A stretch of DNA of 64,000 nt from Candidatus Woesearchaeota archaeon (GCA_964573625.1 CAZNJU010000001.1:673510-737509); one strand, 5' to 3'. Numbered from the stretch's first letter, positions 53,508 through 63,761 are shown. Notes: generated from the sequence alone by a model not told the origin. Translations and numbers: made by a program.

Positions 53508-55055
53508 ATGGATACACCTGCTAATTATATTCGAGGCATCTTTGTTTTTTCGGTATTTTTCCTTTCCGTTCTAGCATTTGCTTCTGCAGGACCAACAAGC
53601 ATTGATGTTGACTCATGTGGCTTGCTTGATCAACCAAATATGATCTATAACATTATTGCAGATATCAATAGCAATGATACGACCTGTCTTATCATAAGTG
53701 GAGACGGAATATTCCTTAATGGCCACGGATATAAAATCACAAGCTCTGTACCTAACGCAACAGCGATTTTAATCACTGGGAATGGAGTGATTGTAACTCA
53801 AGCAAACATAAGTGAATTTGCACAAGGCATTGTAGCCCAAAACGTGAACCTTCCATTCATCGACTCATCATACTTTTCAGATATAATTGACACAAGTATC
53901 ATTTTTGAAGGCGTCTCCCGAGGAAACGTCCAAAGCAACACATTTACATCGAGCCCATTCCAACAAAGAGGGATGATAGCCTTCATAGCAAGGGGCAACT
54001 CAGAAGGTAGCATATTCAAAAATAACCAAGTGAGAAACATGGATTCAGGTGTACTCCTTGAAGATGTTTCAAATGCCGATGTTAGCCATAACTCATTCAA
54101 TAAGACAAAAGCACCAATAGTGATTATCGGTGGATCAAACATGCGTATTGAAAGCAACCAATTAGAAAAGAGTGCAACAGCTATCAATCTCAAACATAAT
54201 ACAAACAGTAGAATAAACAACAATGCAATATATGCAACCTCTATCTTTGGAATAATTTCCGAAAATGTTTCAGGAAATGAATATATGAATAACGCTTTCA
54301 TGAGTTCATCCGTATACTTTGATAACTCTGACAATAATACCTTCAGCAATACTTCCCTTATAGGAAACGACAACACACTCGATATTCAAAGCTCAACAAA
54401 TACAGTAATAATCGACAGCGCATTTGGAATATATAATCTGGTTACGAGCTCATTTACATTCATACGTTCAAATTTCGGAAGTATTCAATTCAATCAGGAT
54501 GTAACTTCTGCAGGTAATTCTTTCAGCGATACATTCAATTTTGAAAATAACAGACTAGTCTTTTTCAGCAATGATACAAGTCTTGATCTTGCTGCGCAAG
54601 TAACTCTCTATAATATTGTACAAGGTCAACAAAACTATCGCATTCTTAATAGTACTGAGGCATGCTCCGGCTGTACAAACCTCACACAGCTAAGCGCTGC
54701 AAGTTGGACGTTCATCATTCCGGGATTTGGAGATTATTCAATTGCAAGTGACGCTGTTTCTGGTGGTGGAGGTGGCGGAGGCAGTCATCGACGTACAAAT
54801 AGCACTACTCCAACAACAGGCACAAATCAAACAATTATTCCTTTGAGCAATCCGTCAAGTTTTAATCAAACAACAAGCGGTAAAACAGACGATGATTCAA
54901 ATGATCAGTTAGATCAAAACGTTGGAGGAAGTATTACTGGAGCAGTTATAGGTACCCTAAAGCGACCAGGTTTCTTCATTCCACTTATATTCATTGTAGG
55001 ATTAATCGCTGCATTTGTCGCTATGCAATACCGTTCTCGAAAGAACGCTAAATAA
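53508..55055 (+). CDS. Surface protein with right-handed beta-helix (NosD/pectin-lyase-like) repeats and C-terminal TM
   Basis: Signal peptide; CL.I....I.LNG.GY.I; Asn-ladder repeats; Gly linker; ITGAVI, TM and basic tail. Confidence 0.8.
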   Translation: MDTPANYIRGIFVFSVFFLSVLAFASAGPTSIDVDSCGLLDQPNMIYNIIADINSNDTTCLIISGDGIFLNGHGYKITSSVPNATAILITGNGVIVTQANISEFAQGIVAQNVNLPFIDSSYFSDIIDTSIIFEGVSRGNVQSNTFTSSPFQQRGMIAFIARGNSEGSIFKNNQVRNMDSGVLLEDVSNADVSHNSFNKTKAPIVIIGGSNMRIESNQLEKSATAINLKHNTNSRINNNAIYATSIFGIISENVSGNEYMNNAFMSSSVYFDNSDNNTFSNTSLIGNDNTLDIQSSTNTVIIDSAFGIYNLVTSSFTFIRSNFGSIQFNQDVTSAGNSFSDTFNFENNRLVFFSNDTSLDLAAQVTLYNIVQGQQNYRILNSTEACSGCTNLTQLSAASWTFIIPGFGDYSIASDAVSGGGGGGGSHRRTNSTTPTTGTNQTIIPLSNPSSFNQTTSGKTDDDSNDQLDQNVGGSITGAVIGTLKRPGFFIPLIFIVGLIAAFVAMQYRSRKNAK

Positions 55056-55056
55056 G

Positions 55057-55626
55057 TTAGCTATTCCACTTCTTTCTATTTTCGAGCGCTCGTTTAACTA
55101 CTGCATCTATTCTTTTTGCACGTGTTGCAGGCTGTTTCGCCCCCAAAATCCATCGATAATACGTTCGAGTATATGACGGAGGAAACGTCTTGAAAATCGT
55201 TTCAGCCGCAGGATTCTCTTTCAAAGCTTTCTTAAGATCGACTGGCATGGTCGGATTTTTGGGAATTCCTGCGTCATGCGTTGGCTTTGCAAGACCTTCT
55301 TTATACATCTGCAATCCATAGGAGGACATTTTTCCCTCTGCAATGAGTCTTTTTGCGTAGCCTAGTGTCGCATCACTCCATTTGCTATTCTTGTTCCTTC
55401 GTGCAAATCTCCGCATGTATCTGTCTTCATCCAAACGCTTTATCGTGGTATCGATCCACCCAAAACATATCGCTTCATCCATCGATTCTTTGTGTGTCAG
55501 CGAAGGCTTGCCTGTGTGTTTTTTGTATTTAATAAGTGCAACCTTAGTTTCTTTTAGGTGATTCTTCTCGAGCCACGCCCTCCATTCATCCTTATTTTTA
55601 GCGTAAACTGTTTTCTCAGAGTCCAT
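55057..55626 (-). CDS. YdeI/OmpD-associated family protein
   Basis: WRAWLEKNH, AICFGWID, R...SKWS and W...AKQ.ATR.KRI. Confidence 0.9.
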   Translation of the reverse strand: MDSEKTVYAKNKDEWRAWLEKNHLKETKVALIKYKKHTGKPSLTHKESMDEAICFGWIDTTIKRLDEDRYMRRFARRNKNSKWSDATLGYAKRLIAEGKMSSYGLQMYKEGLAKPTHDAGIPKNPTMPVDLKKALKENPAAETIFKTFPPSYTRTYYRWILGAKQPATRAKRIDAVVKRALENRKKWNS

Positions 55627-55713
55627 GGCTTACGAAAGCAAATGCTGTTTTTAATTCTTTCACGCACTGTTAAAGTGCAGAAGATTTTTAAAGCGCCTGT
55701 AACTTTCACTAAC

Positions 55714-56511
55714 ATGTCATCAATGATTGAGGTAAGAGGTTTAGTAAAAAAGTTCAAAAAATTCAAAGCAGTGGATAAAATTTCATTTACTGTCCAAAAG
55801 GGAGAGATCTTTGCTTTCCTAGGTCCAAATGGAGCAGGCAAGACTACTACTATACGAATGCTTACAACTATGCTCCAACCAAGCGCTGGTAAAATATCAA
55901 TTAACGGTTTTGACCCACTAGTTCAGCAACAAAAAGTAAGATCTTCTTTTGGTATCGTCTTTCAGGACTTCAGTCTGGACAATGAGTTGACTGCTCTCGA
56001 AAATCTCAAGTTCCACGCAGCCTTGTATGGTGTCGAGAGAAAAATAGCTAGAGAGAGAATAGAGCACCTGTTAAAATTAGTCGAATTGTGGGACAGAAGA
56101 AACAATTTTGTTAAAACTTTCTCAGGCGGAATGAAACGAAGGCTTGAGATAGCGCGCGGTCTCATTCATCATCCTACTATCCTTTTTCTTGATGAGCCTA
56201 CACTCGGACTTGACCCTCAAACCAGAAACAAAATGTGGGATTATGTAAAAAAGCTTAACGATGAAGAAAAAATGACTGTTTTCTTTACGACGCACTATAT
56301 GCACGAAGCAGAAAAATATGCTGATAAAATCGGAATAATTGACCATGGAAAGATATTAACTATCGGTACATCAAGTCAATTAACGAAAAAAACGAACACA
56401 CGTTCCTTGGAAGAAGCGTTTCTAAAACTTACCGGACACAATATACGGGAAGAAAGTGGTAGTAGTATTGATAAATTTAGGGCAGCTGCAAAATCCTGGG
56501 GGAACAGATGA
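55714..56511 (+). CDS. ABC transporter ATP-binding subunit (DrrA-like)
   Basis: GPNGAGKTT, FSGGMKRRLE, LDEPT and TTHY; start moved to MSSMIEV. Confidence 0.93.
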   Translation: MSSMIEVRGLVKKFKKFKAVDKISFTVQKGEIFAFLGPNGAGKTTTIRMLTTMLQPSAGKISINGFDPLVQQQKVRSSFGIVFQDFSLDNELTALENLKFHAALYGVERKIARERIEHLLKLVELWDRRNNFVKTFSGGMKRRLEIARGLIHHPTILFLDEPTLGLDPQTRNKMWDYVKKLNDEEKMTVFFTTHYMHEAEKYADKIGIIDHGKILTIGTSSQLTKKTNTRSLEEAFLKLTGHNIREESGSSIDKFRAAAKSWGNR

Positions 56512-57257
56512 CGAACGCGCTTTATGTAATGTGGCTAAGACAATTGATAAGATACTGGAGAACTAGATCAAGAATAATTGGCTCACTAGCTCAGCCTGTT
56601 TTATTTCTAGTTGCTCTTGGGTTTGGTTTGGGCCCTATATATTCAAAAGCAGGCGGCGGAGACTATATACAGTTTTTAGCACCAGGTATAATTGGGATGA
56701 GTATTCTGTTTACCGCAATGTTTTCAGGCATGGAAGTAATATGGGACAGACAACTAGGGTTCCTAAAAGAAACACTCGTTTCTCCATCTTCACGATTCAG
56801 TGTATTTATTGGAAGAACTTTGGGAGGAGCCACCGTTGCGCTTATACAAGGAATTGTTCTCCTTATTATCACTATGTTGTTAGGATTCAGACCCGTTAGT
56901 TTGACGCTTCTTCCGCTAGCTTTAGTATTCATGTTCCTTTTAGCCTACGTATTTACAGCGTTAGGAACAGCACTTGCAAGTAAAGTGCAGGACATGCAAG
57001 CGTTTCCATTAATCATGAACTTCATTATTATGCCTGTTTTCTTTCTATCCGGAGCGTTATATCCTTTAGAATCAGCGCCTACGACCATAAAAACCATAGC
57101 ACTCTTCGACCCGCTTTCCTATCAAATAGATGCACTTAGACAGATATTGACAAATACGTCTCACTTCGGGTTAGCAATTGACTTAGGTATTACGATAATG
57201 TGTGCCGCTCTCGTAACCCTTCTCGGAATTTATCTCTTTAATAGAGTTGAAGTTTAA
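56508..57257 (+). CDS. ABC-2 type permease (DrrB-like)
   Basis: YIQFLAPG, DRQLGFLKE.L..P, FLSGALYP and PLSY..DALR. Confidence 0.92.
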   Translation: MTNALYVMWLRQLIRYWRTRSRIIGSLAQPVLFLVALGFGLGPIYSKAGGGDYIQFLAPGIIGMSILFTAMFSGMEVIWDRQLGFLKETLVSPSSRFSVFIGRTLGGATVALIQGIVLLIITMLLGFRPVSLTLLPLALVFMFLLAYVFTALGTALASKVQDMQAFPLIMNFIIMPVFFLSGALYPLESAPTTIKTIALFDPLSYQIDALRQILTNTSHFGLAIDLGITIMCAALVTLLGIYLFNRVEV

Positions 57258-57334
57258 AATTTCTATTAAACGTGTAACCTATGTATACATTTCCAGACAA
57301 TAATCATTATAAATGAAGATAAGATGAATGGACG

Positions 57335-58069
57335 ATGGTAGTTAATTTCAAAACACTCTTTCCAGTTTCAAAACCTATAATCGGAATGATTCATCTCGCT
57401 GGAAGAGATTCTAATGAAAAAGCAAGACGTGCACTCGAAGAGTTAGCTATTTATCAAGAAGAGGGTGTAGATGGTGCAATTATAGAAGATTATCATGGGC
57501 ACACTTTGGATGTTCGTAGAGTTTTATTTGAAAGTTCTCAAGAAAGAATTAGGGGCCTGGACATTGTTCGCGGAGTTAATGTGCTTAAAAATCCGTTCGC
57601 AGCGTTTGAATATGCAAAAAATTCTGGAGCCAAGTTTATTCAATTAGATAGCATTCAAGGACATGGTTTCAACAGTAATTTATATGCCTTAAATCGAAGA
57701 GCGTTTCCAGATATATCCGTTCTCGGAGGAGTTCGTTTCAAATACCAGGATCCAACAGGCCATACTTTAGAGGAAGATATTGCAGAAGGAAGATCACGAT
57801 GTGATGCGGTTGTTACGACAGGCGACGGAACCGGAATAGAAACGCCTATTGTAAAATTACAGGAATTTAGAAAAAATCTAGATACTTTTCCATTATTAGT
57901 CGGTGCAGGTGTGACTGCTGAGAACGTAACTGATCAACTTCTAGTTGCAGATGGAGCAATCGTAGGAAGTTACTTTAAACCAGACAAAGATACAGAACTT
58001 CCCGTAGATAGAAAAAGAGTGCGAGAGTTCATGGATGTAGTCAGATATATTAGAAAAAATTATTCTTGA
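57335..58069 (+). CDS. BtpA/SgcQ family TIM-barrel protein
   Basis: KPIIGMIHL, DAVVTTG.GTG, PLLVGAGVT.EN and ADGAIVGS.FK. Confidence 0.88.
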   Translation: MVVNFKTLFPVSKPIIGMIHLAGRDSNEKARRALEELAIYQEEGVDGAIIEDYHGHTLDVRRVLFESSQERIRGLDIVRGVNVLKNPFAAFEYAKNSGAKFIQLDSIQGHGFNSNLYALNRRAFPDISVLGGVRFKYQDPTGHTLEEDIAEGRSRCDAVVTTGDGTGIETPIVKLQEFRKNLDTFPLLVGAGVTAENVTDQLLVADGAIVGSYFKPDKDTELPVDRKRVREFMDVVRYIRKNYS

Positions 58070-58113
58070 AGTAAGATACAAAGGTTTAAATTCCCCCAAA
58101 TAAAGACAAGAAG

Positions 58114-58163
58114 ATAGGTGCGGGGGGATAGATCCCTAAGTTCTAACCCCCTCCCGCACTTAT
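58114..58163 (+). other. GC-rich stem-loop between convergent genes (ncRNA or bidirectional terminator)
   Basis: ATAGGTGCGGGGGG pairs with CCTCCCGCACTTAT (14 bp, 2 G.U); AGGTTTAAAT box at 58082-58091. Confidence 0.6.
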
Positions 58164-58174
58164 TATAATAATTC

Positions 58175-58702
58175 TTAGTTTGTTGCACGTCTCTTAATAT
58201 CTCTGCGCATCAAACGTATATCTCGCGGGGAAACTGTTGAGATAGGGTCGGGAATATATATCGTGTTCTTTTTACCAGTAGTCTTATCAGGCTCAGGTTT
58301 CTTTGGTCGTGGTATGGTAAGCAATTTCTTAGGAATAGTAAAATTGTGAACTGCATAAAAGAGGGGAACTTCACGTTTAAAGAAATATTCAAACATCCTG
58401 CCCTTTGTAAAGGAGAAGAAAAGCTCATTTTTAGGAGTTATTTTTCCACCATCGGGCTCAACGAAAGAAACATCTCCAAATAGGTACTCTTCTCGAGGAA
58501 GTCCTTGAGATGTTGAGAACTCAACCAAGGTTTCAATGCTAAGACCTATACGAGGACCAGTATAGAGCACCGTTGAAGAGTCATTGAAAGATTCGCCTCT
58601 AAAACGTGCTTCACGAACGTGATGATATATGTTAAGAGCAAGTTTCTCTATATAAGGCGCAATAGGTTCAGAGTATTTCTCTCGGGGAAACAATTCAACC
58701 AT
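58175..58702 (-). CDS. Hypothetical protein
   Basis: Open frame; TTTTAAA box ~25 nt upstream. Confidence 0.6.
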   Translation of the reverse strand: MVELFPREKYSEPIAPYIEKLALNIYHHVREARFRGESFNDSSTVLYTGPRIGLSIETLVEFSTSQGLPREEYLFGDVSFVEPDGGKITPKNELFFSFTKGRMFEYFFKREVPLFYAVHNFTIPKKLLTIPRPKKPEPDKTTGKKNTIYIPDPISTVSPRDIRLMRRDIKRRATN

Positions 58703-58736
58703 CTAAATAAGGAAAAAGAGGAGTTTAAAAGAATTA

Positions 58737-61262
58737 CTATTCAGACGTTTCAACTTCTTCGGCAAGAGGAACTTTGACAACGTCTGCAACTTTGTCGCCT
58801 TCCTTAAGCTTAACAACATGAACGCCCTGTGTGGCGCGACCCATAACACGAAGATCTTTCATGGAAACGCGAATAATCATTCCTTTTGTGGTAGTAACCA
58901 TAATCGAGTCCTTATCATCAACTGAGAGAGATGCGACAACCGGTCCTGTCTTTTCGTTCACGTTAAGATTTATGACTCCCTTTGCTCCACGCGAGGTCTT
59001 ACGATACTCCTCAAGCTCAGATCGTTTACCGAGACCTTTCTGAGCAATAGTAAGAATAGTTGTTTTACCATCTTTAGGCAATGACTCCATAGAAACAACT
59101 TCATCGCTCTTTGCAAGCTCAGCGCCCTTTACACCATATGACGCACGACCCATTGGACGAACTTCATCCGTAGTAAATCGTATTGCCTGTCCTTTAGAGG
59201 TGCAAAGCATGACTTCTTGTGTATCTTCTACACGTCGAACATCAATCACTACATCACTTCCATCTGCAGGCAGATTCATAATTCTTACACCCGTGCTTCG
59301 CGGCTTAGCAAGGTCTTTCAGAGGAAGTTTCTTAACCATCCCTAGTTTAGTAGCAAACATCAAGTACCCTTGCTCAAAATCTTTTAGAGACATAACTTGG
59401 GCAATTTTCTCATCTCTGATATCTAACACATTCACAAGCGCCTTGCCTCGACCTTGACGTTCAGCCATAGGGACGTCATTTGCCTTTAGCCAGAATACAC
59501 GTCCGCGTGTGGTAAAGAACAACAAGTAATCGTGTGTCGAACAGGTCACCATCGTACGAACGAAGTCTTCTTCCTTCAAATCAGCACCCGTAACTCCTGA
59601 TCCGCCTCTGCGTTGCTCTCTATACGTCTTAACATCGACACGCTTAATGTATCCTCCTTCAGTAAGCATAACTACCACGTCTTTCTTCTCAATCAAATCT
59701 TTCTCAGAAATTTCAGCCACTCGTTTAAGCACTTGGGTTCTACGTTCATCACCAAACTTCTTCTTAAGCTCTTGAACTTCTTTCTTGATTACGCCAAAGA
59801 TCTCCTGATCACTTCCCAATAGCTTTTTCAAATAAGCAATTAATTCCTTCAATTCTTTCTCCTCATCTCTCAGTTTAGTGTCCTCAAGTCGTGTAAGTTG
59901 CTGTAATCGTGTTTCAAGAACGGCTTTAGCCTGTCGAGTTGTAAGCCCGAACTTTTTCATAAGCCCTTCGTGGGCAGCCTGGCCGTTCTCAGATTTCTTG
60001 ATGAATTCAACGATCTCATCAATTTTTTTAAGAGCGATAATTAATCCTAGAACGATTTCAAGGCGGTCTTCAGCCTTTTTCAACTCAAAATTGCTTCTGT
60101 TCGTAACAACGTGCTTTCGATATTTTACATATTCTTCAATGATTTCTTTAAGATTAAGAACTCGAGGTTTCCCACCAACAAGTGCAAGCATATTAGCGTC
60201 GAAGCTATCCTGTAATCGTGTCAACGTGTAAAGTTTGTTAATAGTAAATTTAGGGCTTGCATCTTTCTTCAATTCAATAACTATACGAATGTTGCCTTTT
60301 GCAGATTCATCACGCAAGTCAGAAACATCAGGCAATTTCTTTTCAGTAGCGAGTTTAGCAATACTCGTAACTAAATCAGCTTTGTTAACCATGTAAGGAA
60401 TCTCGGTAATAACGATAGAAGTACGTCCTTTATGCTCTTCCTGCTTTATAGCTCCACGCATAATGAGTCTTCCCTTACCTGTACGATACATTTCACGAAT
60501 ACCCTCTCCACTGACAGTACCTCCCGTTGGGAAATCAGGACCTGTAACGACTTCCATCAAATCTTCAACTGTAACAGTCGGCTTGTTAATATATGCGACA
60601 ATAGCATCAGCCACTTCAGTCAGGTTGTGAGGAGGCATATTTGTCGCCATACCAACTGCAATACCTGTTGCGCCATTCAAGAGTAAATTAGGTAGCATTC
60701 CGGGAAGAGTTTGTGGTTCTTCTACAGAATTGTCATAATTAGGATTCATCTTGACAGTTTCTTTATCCATGTCCGCAAGAAGTTCGCCAGCGATCTTGCT
60801 TAATTTTGCTTCAGTATATCTGTCAGCTGCTGGTGAGTCTCCATCAAGTGAGCCGAAGTTTCCCTGGCCGTGAACCAGAGGATATCGTAATGAGAAATCC
60901 TGTGCCATTCTGACAAGTGCATCATACAAAGCTAGATTACCATGTGGGTGGAACTTACCCATAGTCTCTCCAACAATACGTGCAGACTTCATGGTAGGTT
61001 TACTTGGATCAAGCCCAAGAACATGCATAGCGTACAAAATACGTCTGTGTACTGGCTTCAAACCATCTTCAACTGCAGGTAACGCGCGATCAACAATAAC
61101 CGACATCGCGTAGTCAATAAAAGATTGTTCCATCTCTTGAACGATTTCAGCGCCAGCCACACCTTTTTCATTACCTATCTGAGATTTAGCGCGGCGCTGT
61201 GCTTCCATAGCATCTAGCTTATCTTCAGTTTCATTCTCGTGATTTTCTTTCTTATCGCTCAT
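58737..61262 (-). CDS. gyrA: DNA gyrase subunit A
   Basis: [17 protein letters not shown] (catalytic Tyr), GIAVGMATN, GyrA-box QRRGGSG and C-terminal pinwheel repeats. Confidence 0.97.
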   Translation of the reverse strand: MSDKKENHENETEDKLDAMEAQRRAKSQIGNEKGVAGAEIVQEMEQSFIDYAMSVIVDRALPAVEDGLKPVHRRILYAMHVLGLDPSKPTMKSARIVGETMGKFHPHGNLALYDALVRMAQDFSLRYPLVHGQGNFGSLDGDSPAADRYTEAKLSKIAGELLADMDKETVKMNPNYDNSVEEPQTLPGMLPNLLLNGATGIAVGMATNMPPHNLTEVADAIVAYINKPTVTVEDLMEVVTGPDFPTGGTVSGEGIREMYRTGKGRLIMRGAIKQEEHKGRTSIVITEIPYMVNKADLVTSIAKLATEKKLPDVSDLRDESAKGNIRIVIELKKDASPKFTINKLYTLTRLQDSFDANMLALVGGKPRVLNLKEIIEEYVKYRKHVVTNRSNFELKKAEDRLEIVLGLIIALKKIDEIVEFIKKSENGQAAHEGLMKKFGLTTRQAKAVLETRLQQLTRLEDTKLRDEEKELKELIAYLKKLLGSDQEIFGVIKKEVQELKKKFGDERRTQVLKRVAEISEKDLIEKKDVVVMLTEGGYIKRVDVKTYREQRRGGSGVTGADLKEEDFVRTMVTCSTHDYLLFFTTRGRVFWLKANDVPMAERQGRGKALVNVLDIRDEKIAQVMSLKDFEQGYLMFATKLGMVKKLPLKDLAKPRSTGVRIMNLPADGSDVVIDVRRVEDTQEVMLCTSKGQAIRFTTDEVRPMGRASYGVKGAELAKSDEVVSMESLPKDGKTTILTIAQKGLGKRSELEEYRKTSRGAKGVINLNVNEKTGPVVASLSVDDKDSIMVTTTKGMIIRVSMKDLRVMGRATQGVHVVKLKEGDKVADVVKVPLAEEVETSE

Positions 61263-61522
61263 CGTTTTTTACCTTTACCTTTTTTTGTAGCTGTTTTTTT
61301 AGCCGCCTTTTTAGCAGGTTTTTTGCCTGTTTTTAGAGTACTCATTTTTAATGTTGGAACTTCTTCAATCTTCGCGCTACTACCTGTGACCACATCTTCT
61401 TCTGGAAAATCATTACCACAATAGAAGCATTCTTTACACATCATCTGTCCGCTTGAAGGCTCTGCTATAACGACATTATCGCTTCCACACTGTGGACAGT
61501 ATTGTTTTTTAATCAAACTCAT
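61259..61522 (-). CDS. Small Zn-ribbon protein with Lys/Ala-rich tail, between gyrB and gyrA
   Basis: CPQCGS...[19 protein letters not shown] tail; starts 2 nt after the gyrB stop; ATGA overlap with gyrA. Confidence 0.8.
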   Translation of the reverse strand: MSLIKKQYCPQCGSDNVVIAEPSSGQMMCKECFYCGNDFPEEDVVTGSSAKIEEVPTLKMSTLKTGKKPAKKAAKKTATKKGKGKKR

Positions 61523-61524
61523 GG

Positions 61525-63411
61525 TTAAATGTCAATCTGCGCTTCATGCGCTTTAGAGACAATAAATTGCTTTCTCGGTTCAACTTCAGAACCCATAAGA
61601 ATAGAAAATATACGATCTGCTTCGACAGCATCTTCTACAATGACTTTATTCAATAATCGTTCCTTAGGATCCATAGTTGTTTCCCAAAGTTGTTCTGGGT
61701 TCATTTCTCCAAGACCTTTGAAACGCTGAACGGTTGCGTTTCCTAGATCTCCGACAAGCTTCTTAAGTTCTTCTTCCGAATACACATAGTAATCTTTCTT
61801 TTTACGGACTTTGTATAAAGGAGAAACAGCAATATACAAATTGCCCTGTTCGATTATAGGTTTCATAAATCTATAGAAGAACGTGAGCAAGAGTGTACGA
61901 ATGTGTGCACCGTCAACATCTGCATCAGTCATAATCACGACTTTAGAATATCGTAGCTTCTCAAGATTGAACTGATCGCCAACGCCTGTTCCAATTGCCG
62001 TAATAAGATTAGCAATTTCTTCGCTTGAGAACACTTTAGCAATGTTAGCTTTCTCAACGTTCAAAATTTTACCTTTTAATGGTAAAATCGCCTGAAATTC
62101 TTTATTACGTGCCTGTTTAGCGCTTCCACCTGCAGAATCTCCTTCCACAATGAACAACTCAGTATCTTCACTTGATTTCTTAGAGCAATCAGCAAGTTTA
62201 CCTGGCAATCCACCGATGCTAAATGCATTCTTTCTTCTCACGAGATCCTTGGCTTTCTTAGCTGCTTCTCGAGCTTTCTGGGCCTCGAGTGCTTTAGCAA
62301 CAATACGACGCGCAATAGGTGGATTTTCTTCAAAAAATTCGGAAAGAGACGCAAAAGAGATTTTCTCAACAATTCCTTTAACATCGGTATTACCTAACTT
62401 TGTTTTAGTCTGTCCTTCAAATTGTGGTTCAGGAACTTTTACAGATACAATTGCCGTCAACCCTTCACGAACATCTTCGCCAGTCACCCCTTCATCCTTT
62501 ACAAGTTTGTTTTTCTTAGCATATTCATTTATCGCTCTTGTTAAGGCAGTTCTGAATCCAGCCACGTGAGTCCCACCTTCAACAGTATTAATTGTGTTAA
62601 CGAAACTCATAATATTTTCCTGATATCCGTTATTATACTGAACAGAACACTCTGCAACAATCTTATCTTCTTCTTTGATAAAGTAAACTGGTTTGTGTAA
62701 CGGTTCTTTCGTCTCGTTCACCCATTTAACGAATTCAATCAATCCACCTTCATAATGGAACGTCTCCTGCTTTTGTGAGACAACATCTTTCAAAATTATT
62801 TTAAGTCCTTTGTTTAAAAACGCAATCTCTCTGAACCGTGTCTCAAGCACAGTATAATCAAACTTAGTTGTTGAAAAAATAGTATCATCTGGATAGAATT
62901 GAACTTCCGTTCCATGTTCGCTCTTATCACATTCGCCAATAACCTTGACAGGATGTAAAGGCTTGCCGATTTTATACTCTTGTTGATGTATCTTTCCACC
63001 TTTCTTTACAGTAACTCGCATATGTTTGGAAAGTGCTGCAACAACGCTAATACCTACTCCGTGTAATCCTCCAGAAACCTTGTAACTATCTTTGTCGAAT
63101 TTACCTCCTGCATGTAATCGTGTAACAACGACTTCAAGAGCAGGTACTTTATAGACAGGGTGCGGCTCGACAGGAATACCTCTTCCATTATCCGTTACAG
63201 TCACGCTGCCATCTTTATTGATAGAAACAAGAATAGTATCGCAATGGCCGCCCATAGCCTCATCTACAGAGTTATCAACAATTTCATAAACGAGGTGGTG
63301 TAATCCGCCCTTACCAGTACTTCCAATATACATCGCAGGGCGCAGTCGAACACCTTCAAGGCCCTCTAGAACCTTAATATTTGAAGCCTCGTACTTTTTC
63401 GCATCACTCAT
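61525..63411 (-). CDS. gyrB: DNA gyrase subunit B
   Basis: RPAMYIG, EIVDNSVDE, DNGRGIP, LHAGGKF, EGDSAGG, PLKGKILN, DADVDG and RFKGLGEM. Confidence 0.97.
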   Translation of the reverse strand: MSDAKKYEASNIKVLEGLEGVRLRPAMYIGSTGKGGLHHLVYEIVDNSVDEAMGGHCDTILVSINKDGSVTVTDNGRGIPVEPHPVYKVPALEVVVTRLHAGGKFDKDSYKVSGGLHGVGISVVAALSKHMRVTVKKGGKIHQQEYKIGKPLHPVKVIGECDKSEHGTEVQFYPDDTIFSTTKFDYTVLETRFREIAFLNKGLKIILKDVVSQKQETFHYEGGLIEFVKWVNETKEPLHKPVYFIKEEDKIVAECSVQYNNGYQENIMSFVNTINTVEGGTHVAGFRTALTRAINEYAKKNKLVKDEGVTGEDVREGLTAIVSVKVPEPQFEGQTKTKLGNTDVKGIVEKISFASLSEFFEENPPIARRIVAKALEAQKAREAAKKAKDLVRRKNAFSIGGLPGKLADCSKKSSEDTELFIVEGDSAGGSAKQARNKEFQAILPLKGKILNVEKANIAKVFSSEEIANLITAIGTGVGDQFNLEKLRYSKVVIMTDADVDGAHIRTLLLTFFYRFMKPIIEQGNLYIAVSPLYKVRKKKDYYVYSEEELKKLVGDLGNATVQRFKGLGEMNPEQLWETTMDPKERLLNKVIVEDAVEADRIFSILMGSEVEPRKQFIVSKAHEAQIDI

Positions 63412-63494
63412 TTCAGATGTGAAAATGAAACGCCCTTTAAAAACCTTTCCGTCAAAAAATCGATTTTACCGACGATAAATAAGCATTAAGAGAT

Positions 63495-63761
63495 TTACTT
63501 CTTTTTAGAAACTTTCTTTGCAGGAGCAGGCGTTACGTCAGCAGCAGCTTGTTTTCTAACTTCAGCAGCTGCGTGTTTTTCACGAGTTTCACGGAAAGCA
63601 ACAGTCCATTTGAGCTTTCTTTTGTCTCGTCCAAGTTTCAAATGATTCTTTCTACACTTAGAAGAACAGTAGTAAACGATGTTTCCATCATTCTTTATCA
63701 AATACGTTCCTAAATAATCCTCTTGTTCACATCCACAGAATACACACGTTGCAAGAGCCAT
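63495..63761 (-). CDS. rpl24e: 50S ribosomal protein L24e
   Basis: CVFCG...G...KNDG....CSSKCRKN...R..RKLKWT. Confidence 0.95.
   Translation of the reverse strand: MALATCVFCGCEQEDYLGTYLIKNDGNIVYYCSSKCRKNHLKLGRDKRKLKWTVAFRETREKHAAAEVRKQAAADVTPAPAKKVSKKK

Noticed and set aside
53798..54376. 192-aa antisense ORF (and other shadow ORFs such as 46352-46852 and 62150-62569)
   Set aside because: They lie wholly opposite well-supported genes and have no recognisable motifs
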